This document shows positions 50,805 through 64,000 of a stretch of DNA of 64,000 bases, one piece after another. Under the pieces are notes generated by a model. That model worked only from the letters and a program-made list of their open reading frames with translations, searched no databases and was not told the origin of the DNA. This stretch comes from Tubulanus polymorphus (lineage: Eukaryota; Animalia; Nemertea): contig NC_134029.1 of the NCBI RefSeq assembly GCF_964204645.1, positions 21,074,950 through 21,138,949 on the forward strand. Reading direction: 5' to 3'. The first letter of the stretch is position 1, and each line of letters opens with the position of its first letter. The translations under genes were made by a program, and so were the position numbers.

Positions 50805-50870
50805 AGCTCAGTGGTCCAGTGGTAAGATGCTGCGCTAGTAATTTACTGCCAGAGTTCAAGTCTTGCTCTA
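50805..50870 (+). mobile_element. tRNA-derived SINE-like head
   Basis: A-box-like TGGTCCAGTGG and B-box-like GAGTTCAAGTCT at tRNA-like spacing, but no intact cloverleaf. Confidence 0.4.
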
Positions 50871-51486
50871 TCCGCTCTATTTTCTCTAACTCTATTCTCC
50901 ACACTTTCCTTGAATTTTCTAAGTCACGCACCTCTGTACACATGCGCAGTGTTAATCAGCCAATCAGCGACAGTTATTGGCGTACAGATCCTAGTTCCGT
51001 ACGAATAGCCTCCAGAGAAATCCATACGGGTCCCTACGAGTAGCTACAGCGTTGATTGTTGGGGGTCCAAAATCAAAGATCAAGATTCAATTGGTTGTCA
51101 CCTGATCTGAGATTGTGGGGCCTAATGCTTTTTACTGCAGTGCTACAGAAAAGGATTCCATTTTGTGTTGTGTGACCCAGACAGGTTAGGCCTACCCTAA
51201 AAAGTAATCAGTCCTTCTTGTGCGCTTCAAAATCAACCTTAAGCGCCATACACTTGTAATATACAAAGTAAGTTGAAAGCCGATAAACTCAGTCCAACGT
51301 TGACCAAAAATGAATTTAGGGAATGTTAAACTGAAAGTGAAGTCGCTTCAATGAGAACCTTAGTGTCATCAATATTCCACAGGCACGAACTCTATTTTTT
51401 GTATACTTAAAGTTGCTGTGCCTTTATACCCACAGAATTGTAAGTCATTGTAAATAGTTTATTCAGCAAAATCAGTTATTTCTAAG

Positions 51487-51844
51487 CAGAGTCCCTACGA
51501 CTCCTAGATTCCAAAAAAACTCCTAAACAGAAAATGCGAAGGTGCTTGAAACTCCTTTCATTTAGGCAAAATGCCCGAAACTCCTTTAAAAATTCTTCAA
51601 TTTTGAGAAATAGGCAATTAGAAATGTTTGAAGGATTTGCAGGATTTGAAACCGTGTTCAGGTGGTATAAAGGATAAAAATTTGCTTACAAAATCATCAA
51701 ATAAATGGTTTACCAAGATAAACAGTTCCGGTTTAGGAGGAGTCTGCTGTAATTGGCATATAAAAGTGACGCGGACGCTTCCTCAAATTTAAAACTTTCT
51801 CCTTTAAAACTCACTCCTTATTTACTGACCTGTAGGGGACCCTG
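51487..51844. mobile_element. Copy of the 22816-family element
   Basis: CAGAGTCCCTAC ... GTAGGGGACCCTG inverted ends; interior homologous to 22816-23213. Confidence 0.75.
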
Positions 51845-52248
51845 ATCAGCCAAGAAAGCCGACCAAAGTCTGGTCGGAAAAAGTTTCGCACATTCAAAGA
51901 AGTGTATTGGGCACACTTAAGATTCTAGAGTGCGGTAGAGCACTGTGGATACAACCACTTCCCATACAGGACCGAGTAGTCGCATGTTTTGTATGTCATT
52001 ACCTCCAGGGAAGACACTGGCCATCTTACAAAATTATTTTAAAGATCTACAATAGTTGATAATCATCTAGGCGAAATAATGATGTTCCTGATATAGGCCT
52101 AAGCTGTGCTGCTGCTGCTTCTACTATATACTGGTATCAGATTTTGTACCTCTTAAAAGCTTCGATGATTAACTAGATTCTTTTGTCATCGAGTTCGTTG
52201 TGTATTTCTTATTTTTAGTTGTCAAAAAGTGAAGGAGCAACAGAAATC

Positions 52249-56604
<4,356 letters not shown>

Positions 56605-59506
56605 CTGTGCAGGGTTATTATTTTTGGGGTGTTATTTTTGTGATAACGGTGAAGTGAAAACTTTCTCTCGTCGAAAAAAAATATTTCGTCTGTTAAGACT
56701 GAATGGTGCGAATCTACGGAGTAAATGAAACAGAGATTCTACAAATTGAATGAATACTTCAACGCATGCTCTTCATCCAATCTTTTGGCAATGTTTGTTG
56801 TGGGATGGAAAACTGAGTCCTTGAACTCTCACAGTTCTACCGATGAATTAATAAAGAATCGCCTTAAATTTTCATCGATAACCAATTCCTAGTCAATTCA
56901 TAGAGGAGATTCTTGGTAAGTTTAGCTAGTATTCATTCGCCGATATGGATAGAACCTTTAGACCTGACGTCCCGCCTTATTTTCCATTCTCGTCGCCTAC
57001 ACACGTTACTCTCTGTAAATAGGCTATTATTAAATCGTGTTAACTATGAATGTTGTGGGTATGTGCTAATCATTCAGTGTAGTTTTCATTAATAATTTAT
57101 TGATAATCCGAATCTTTACGTAATCTCGTTCTTAAACTCATTTGAACTGTCATTATTATTATTATTCTGTCCTTCAGTGTTAGAAATTAACTGATTTTAC
57201 AGGTTTTAGCTGTCAATGAGTGTTAAAGAATTACGTTTTTATAATCTAATAAGACAAGTCTCTCTCTCAAAAGTATGCAAGAATTTGAATGAACTTCTGT
57301 TAATGTGTAAGTTAACTATCAGTATTTTATTTTGACCGTTTCAGTTGTGTATGCAAGGTAGAGTTAGTTTCATTTCATGAATGACAATGAAAAAATTGGG
57401 GGGGGGGGGCAGGGCTTTGTTTATTCCCTCCCATGACTGGGGGAGGGTTTTATTATTGTTTTTAAACATTTTGGTGCTCGATATGTACTGCGTTGACTGC
57501 AGTTGCCTCCCGATTAAGTAAGAAATTGCTTTCGTATGAAAAACATATTGGTGTAAATATTTTCTATGTATATATTGCATGGGTTAGTGTACGCTGATAG
57601 TTCGCTATGATTTCGTTCCATTGATTTTAACTCTTTTTCATCCGGATTCTCAGATGATCGTTTTATATTCGTTTTTGTATCAGTGAGATGCTATATCGTT
57701 TCGCGCGTCGATCGGTTGTATTTCGATGATGTAATCGTCTTGAAATTAGTAGAAATGATCTACGTTTCGACCGTACGTCCTAATTTGTTATCGTCAATGT
57801 TTCATTGCAACAATACACGCTGTCTTTAAGTGACAGAGATATGAAGTAAAAAGGTATCGGTGAATCATATTTCTTCGATGAACAAAGAAAAATCTTCAAT
57901 ATTCACGAACGAACACCGAAATATTTTCAAATGAAATATACCGGATTCAAATTCAATATTATTCTAATCATGAACATCTTATATAAATACTTAACAAGAT
58001 CGATATACATTCAGGGCCTGTTGCGTGTTAATGCTAACCAGTGTTTGCGTATTCCCGCGTATGATCCAGATCGACTCAGTTATCGGTAAAAATTAAGACG
58101 CAAGGGTTTTGAATATTCAAACTGAAGTTATTACAAGAGTCGAAACCTTACCGATATCATCATACCTGGAACAGGATATCAGTTACGCGAACAATTCATT
58201 AAAGCAACAAGTCCTCGAACGATATGAATATACATGTATACATATAATATACATATTCGTCATATATTTTAACGATATTTCTCTTGGAAAAGATTTATTA
58301 TCTATGAGCCAAGACATGTTATTTCCGTCCAGTGTTTTAGAACATCAATGGAGGCATGCAAGCTATTGTTGGTAAACGTCTTTTGTCATTGCAACGTGTC
58401 AAATCATCTTTGTGTCCAATATAAGCGTTTCGTGTAGAGAAAAAAGAAATTAGGTTCAAGCAGGTTCTACATTCGAGTAAAATGCAGGTTTTCCTCTCCA
58501 AAGTGACATAATTTTCTCAATGCAATACTGACTCTGCATTTTCTCAAGTTATAAATCTTCTTAACTTAGGTAGTTTAAATCGTTATTGTTCATTGCTGGA
58601 AAGAAATTACATTTCGAGCTTGAATGACTGTTGATACAGCAGCATATTACTACAACTTGCAATTCTTAGCGAAACCTGCATTTTAACATCCGATCCCCTG
58701 TAGACATCACAGTACAATAACATTCTGTGCTGTATGATGAATTCATCATGACCAACAAATTTATTTGATCTAATTCAGTTTAAGTTGATGAAAAATTTGG
58801 TTTTTTTTTTCTTCAAATTTTCAAGTAATTTTGTCTCTTTTTTGAGCTAAGAAACCTACGCATTAATTTATATCCATACATAATCGTTTATCGTTATCAT
58901 GTATTTATACATTTTTATATAGAATCGAGATGTCTGAACTCGTTCGATGAAAAACACTATTTGTAACATGGATCATTTTAATGACCAAAATGATGTCTCT
59001 AAAAGATGATTGCGAATAAAAGTAATAATAATTGCAGTAATGTAGTGTAGTTGTGTGTTTTTGATGCTCTTTTAATCTTCTCAAGACAATCTACGTAAGA
59101 AATTTGTGCATGTATTTGGCAGTGTCGATCGCGATGATCTGGCTATAAGGCTGGCCTGCAGCTTTCCTAGGACAAATTAATAAAAGAACGATGCTTCATT
59201 GAGTACCCGGTACATGTTATATGTTTGAAAAGCCTTATCTGCATGAGAAATACGTGAACGACGATTAATATAAAAAGTCTGCGGTCTGCAAATGGAAGAA
59301 TGTTACTTCCTAGTTCTTTGATAACGAAAAAGCTGTTGTCAATCACTTTCATACCAGTATTTGTTTCTCTTTATTGTTCCAACCTAATATTTATACAAAA
59401 AATCTAGATAAATGGCATGAGAAGTAAAAATAAATTAAACGGCGTAATGTATTATAGAAAATGATACATGCTAATAATGTTATATGTATATAGAGTGTCT
59501 GAAAAT

Positions 59507-61758
59507 TTATCTAAGATTTGATTTCGGATATGCATACGTAACAACGGCATTCGGTATGTCGAACCTCAACGTAGAATGATACAGAATGTTTGTCAGAACG
59601 ACGAAATATTCACAAAGAGCAAACAGCGTGTAAACTGAAATAGAAAACCGGGAAAATGAGTGATTACAAATTCAAAAGGTACAGTAGAAATTATATACGT
59701 TTTGTATCATGGAGTATAACCGCCCTAACTTAACCCTTTCAGTGCATCTTGCGCATTCCAGCACTTTAGAGTAATGAATTGGTCAGTTCTGAAAGGGGAA
59801 ACCAATTTTCCTGAGCTCATACCATAGAACACATTAGGAATTTTCTGAAAATATTTCATTTACCTCCAGGTTCACAGTATGAATTGTGCCGGAAGAAGAA
59901 ATAGACGGCTAACAGAAAGATGCTGATATTTGCCAGGAAAAAGAAGCACTTGTGTCTATACGATTTCTTCACAATCTGAAAAAAAGATATCGTCGGCTAT
60001 GAAAAATACGAAATTTAATCTACTGCTCGAATTATGATTTACCTCACCTACTAAACGAAACTTATTTTCCCTGTTTGATTTGCAATCAGGGTTATATTAT
60101 CTGTTTGACATCAAAGCAAAAATATGAATATTGGCAGGAAATGGATATGCCGGGTAAGACAGGTTTTAGAACATTTTCTTGTTTTCCACAAAATAACACT
60201 TTTTCCGATAGGGGGCTTAGTATTTTTTGTATTCATGTTGATAGATTAGCAAAAGGGTATGAAATGAGAAACACTGTGCAAGTTAAGTACGGTGAAACTT
60301 CAAGTGTGGGAAAAGTTGATCGTAAGACTGGGTACGAGTTGACTATGAATCTAAAGAATTGCTATGGTACTTACTGGATCGTTGAGAGGTTTCCAATCGC
60401 GAGCCCATCGAAATGTTATCAGCTGTAACAGCATATATATCTCAGAGCAAACCATGAAGACTATGAAACTATTTTCATGAACATCTAAAACAGAAAGAGA
60501 AAAATAATGAATACGAGATCAATGAAAAACCTGTCCACGTTTTGGAAATCGAATATTTTACAAAGCTCACTGAAGTTATCATAAGGAGAAACCCACAATA
60601 CCAGTTGAAACAATCATTATTGTTTCAAATAAACTCCGAAGATGTTTTAAAGAATCCACTCGAAATGTAAAAAACAGAACAGGGGTCATTTGCTCAAAAG
60701 TTGGTTAAAGATAACCGATGGATAAATACCATAGTACCATAGTAACAATGAAGTTTTAATTGTCACTAAGTCAACTATCCACTCCACTGGTTAACTTTAA
60801 CCAACCTTTGAGCAACTGCAGCCCTAGCAGTTGTTTAAATCGGTATTGTGGGAAGTCTCGTTAGTCTCTCGTTGGTGTGGTCTCAACGATTTACTCACCG
60901 AAATTCTCCGTCGAAGAAACACACGTGAGCACCATGAGACAAGCGACTTCTATTTGATTCAGAATGAACATCGCGTAAACGGTCGCCATGTACAGCGGTC
61001 GATGTCGGTTCGGGAAGTTTTTGAAGTAATTTACGTAAATGAAAGGTATGACGCAACGCGGGGCGTAATGTGCGCCGACGAACAGCCGCCAAATATATCT
61101 TTGAGGAGTGAATCCACCGATGGCGGCGCTGATCGATGGCAGATAATTACTCACCTGAAAATAAAACAAATAGAAAAGAAACTAAAGGTCGCATTGCAAG
61201 TATTCTAAAATCTTTAATGTCTGTGCAGGAGCTCGGACTACATTTAGAGGCAGTAAAATTTCAAACTTTTGATTTTCTAGCCCTTTGCCTACCCTATGAT
61301 AACACATAACCTAACCCCGGTTTACTCTGGGCCCTGTAGACCCTAATCCTCTGGACCCTCTACTCACCCTCTAGACATTAAACCCTAATTTTCTGGGGTT
61401 GAAAAACCAACATTTTGCTTTATCAGCATTTAATAGAAATGAACTGGAGACCGATCATTGGTAACAGTAGGCCTACTGGATGTATGTAGAAGCTTAGTTA
61501 GTAATTTCTAACACCTACCCCGCAATGGGTTCTCGTTGATGCATCATAATCAAACACTATAGATAGTATAACACATAAGAGCATAGCCAATAACGGTAAA
61601 CCGCATGAGTATATAACCACATTCATCCATTTATGTTTTAGAATGACGACCGAGGTGTCAGATTTTTTATTGTCACTTCCCATTTTCACTACCGCAGAAT
61701 GATACGTCGTATTCTCTGTTATATTATCGAGAAATTGTTCTTCTACTTCTGATTTCAT
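59507..61758 (-). CDS. PGAP2: Post-GPI attachment to proteins factor 2 (Frag1/DRAM/Sfk1 family)
   Basis: Exons 61758 (or ATG at 61683)-61519, 61154-60899, 60484-60375, 59975-59864 and 59634-59507. Motifs [47 protein letters not shown] and YFFFRHNSYCEPGVYTLFALCEYFVV. Confidence 0.93.
60683..60824. mobile_element. Palindromic MITE, same family as 17268-17391
   Basis: TTGCTCAAAAGTTGGTTAAAG ... CTTTAACCAACCTTTGAGCAA. Confidence 0.7.
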
Positions 61759-61895
61759 CAAAAACCGCTATATAAATCGGATAGAACGTGTAACAGCAGT
61801 GGATGCAATGTCAAAACGTTAAAAAAATTTAGAAATGTCAATTTACGCGCAACGACCTTGAGGACTTAAACTTGAGCGGTTACAGTTGGCAAAGT

Positions 61896-62138
61896 GCAAA
61901 CTTGGTGGCAGCACCATACGGTCACCTAGCGGAATTTCTGTGAACTAACGTAATACCGAATGCTGATGAACTGAGTGTAAAGTACACCAAGAAATACAAA
62001 GAGAAGTAGAATATAAACCGACATGTTTATTCACATTTCGGAAATACGTATTTCATCTTCCAAAAGAGTTTGAATGGTCCAGTCATGATCGCATATAAAT
62101 TCCACTGAAAGACCGTACGGTGCAGCCACCAAGTATGC
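61896..62138. promoter_or_regulatory. Inverted ~45-bp motif pair in the PGAP2/ZCCHC9 bidirectional promoter
   Basis: ACTTGGTGGCAGCACCATACGGTC...GGAATTT (about 61900-61937) is mirrored by AAATTCC...GACCGTACGGTGCAGCCACCAAGT (about 62097-62134). Confidence 0.55.
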
Positions 62139-62426
62139 GGATTCAATGATAGGACGGCTCCGAAAAATAGTACAGCGTTTAGTATCATTGTGTTTTTTCA
62201 AGGTCGTTGAGCAAGAAATTATTCTGATCACATTTTATGTAAATATTGATACATATACCTGATTAATTGCGTTAATATTTGCTAAATGTGTTAAAATATA
62301 AAATTATCGCGTAATTTTCATGTCATTTTATGAAATCATTAATTCAGTATGCAGACATCGATGAAGAAACTGATGAATTACCGTTTAAAAGCTTTTTAGA
62401 TAGCGAAATCCAGAGAAAACGGAAGG

Positions 62427-63793
62427 ATGACACGTTGGGCACGGAGTGGAACCGCTAACACGAAAAAACCCTTGGATTCAACTCCTTGGTCCGATATGAA
62501 AAAAGACACTGACACTTTGAAGACCAAGATGAAAACGTTTCAGGAAAAGGATGAAAGACGAGAGAAAAGGAGAATAAAAAGGATCAATAATCGTCAGAAT
62601 AAAGTTGTAAGCAAAAACTACAAGTGACTGCAATGTTATGATATTCATGATGTGTCCTTTATGTACCTAACCTAACCATAACACTAGCACCACACAGTAA
62701 CCTAAATACAAATGGTTAAATATAATTTTTGAAGCAGATTATGAAGTTAACTTCGTTATCTTTTTGTCTTTATTAGGTTTGTTTTAAATGTCGTAAGGAA
62801 GGACACACGATATCAGAATGTACTGAAATCACCAATGATATCGAGCAAGGGACCGGTATTTGTTTCAAATGTGGATCTACGGAGCACGCCGTTGCAAAGT
62901 GTCGAGTAAAAGTTCCTGCAGGTATCTCACTTCACCTGTCGATCTTGCGCTGTACATTGTTCATTTTTTAGACAACAATTTTCTACCCATTTCAGGAACC
63001 TTTCCATTTGCAAAATGTTTTATATGTAAAGAACAAGGTCATCTTTCAAACCAATGCCCAGATAATCCTAGAGGTCTTTACCCGAAAGGTATGATAATTG
63101 AATAATGTGCCATACGTATTTTGCGTTATTTACCAGTCATTTATGAAAGGTATTTTAAGTGTACTTAAGTGAAATGATTTATTTGCATTCAGGTGGTTCG
63201 TGCAAGACGTGTGGTTCGGTCGAACATTTCAATAGAGATTGTCCAGAATTACAGAATAAAAAAGGTAAGCATATACCATCCGGTGACTGATCCTAGGATT
63301 ATGTATTTAAGGTCTTGTGGTGTATAAAGGACGTTTTGATCGTTGATAAGGCATATTTGGAGGCGTATTACATAAAGCATTAAGGCGTCTAATTTGAAAA
63401 ATTTGGAGATGTATGAAATGCATCGATGATTTCCAAGAAGAAATAAACTTGTCCATCCTACCGATATTGCAGGAGAAGTCTATAAGATTCAATATACGTA
63501 ACAAGGCAATGAAACGTAAAAACATCTTAGGGTCTTGTAGGAGGCCCACAAGATCCCCTCCTGGTTTCATACAATTACGTTATTCAGCTAACATCTTTTG
63601 AGTCAGTTTCAGTTGAATAATATCTTAAAATATGTATCAAATTTATATCATTGTAGCCGTTGAGAGTGAACAGCAGGAAACTATTGATACAATAGACCTG
63701 AAACATCATCGCAGTGCTGATGAAGAGCCTGCTCATCTGAAAAAACCTAAACCTAAACCATTGCGGAAAGGCCCAAAAATTGTGAAATTTTAG
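62427..63793 (+). CDS. ZCCHC9: Zinc finger CCHC domain-containing protein 9
   Basis: Exons 62427-62606, 62777-62921, 62996-63088, 63193-63264 and 63657-63793. N-terminal MTRWAR...TPWSDM, RREKRRIKR, four CX2CX4HX4C knuckles (CFKCRKEGH, CFKCGSTEH, CFICKEQGH..CPDNPRGLYP, CKTCGSVEH) and C-terminal KIVKF. Confidence 0.93.
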
Positions 63794-63906
63794 TTGTAAA
63801 TAAAATATCATTATAAAAAACTATTAAATTTTATAGTCAGTGGACGGTTTTTGTAATCATATTTTCACAGAGGCTCGTCGTTGCAGTTACGGGATCAAAC
63901 TATATA

Positions 63907-63986
63907 CCCTCGACAGGGTTTCGAACCTGATGACATCGCTAGACTCGCGGCATCAGGTAGGATATTAACGAACTGCTGAACGAAGA
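63907..63986 (-). mobile_element. Degenerate tRNA-like / SINE head
   Basis: B-box GGTTCGAAACC in a T-arm-like stem (CAGG..CCTG) and a weak acceptor stem TCTTCG/CGAGGG; no canonical D-arm or anticodon arm. Confidence 0.3.
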
Positions 63987-64000
63987 AATAAAGCAGAGGA

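Noticed and set aside
63907-63986. Possible functional tRNA gene (also 40085-40170 and 50805-50870)
   Set aside because: B-box present but no canonical cloverleaf; treated as SINE-like remnants.

Overview
AT-rich, intron-containing metazoan genomic DNA with short GT-AG introns. It is probably an invertebrate bilaterian such as a lophotrochozoan; this is an inference from gene and repeat style. Nine protein-coding loci can be reconstructed by hand: the 3' end of PARP16 (+), an intronless orphan PH-domain-like ORF (+), tubulin polyglutamylase TTLL6/13 (+), a very short Pygopus consisting essentially of the PHD finger (-), AASDHPPT (+), a GlyT-type SLC6 transporter (+), CSK (+), PGAP2 (-) and ZCCHC9 (+). 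Introns and intergenic DNA carry many non-autonomous DNA-transposon (MITE) remnants, some nested with recognisable target-site duplications, plus tRNA-derived SINE-like heads. The most notable observations are: a Pygopus with no NPF/NHD motif; the orphan PH protein; a mirror-symmetric bidirectional promoter between PGAP2 and ZCCHC9; an RFX X-box upstream of the ciliary TTLL6; an in-frame 477-nt alternative donor in TTLL6; and an outsized CpG-rich SLC6 intron containing a miR-279-seed hairpin. A further long hairpin lies in the SLC6 3' UTR. All gene models were read by eye with no alignments or searches. No CRISPR arrays, rRNA or intact tRNA genes were seen.
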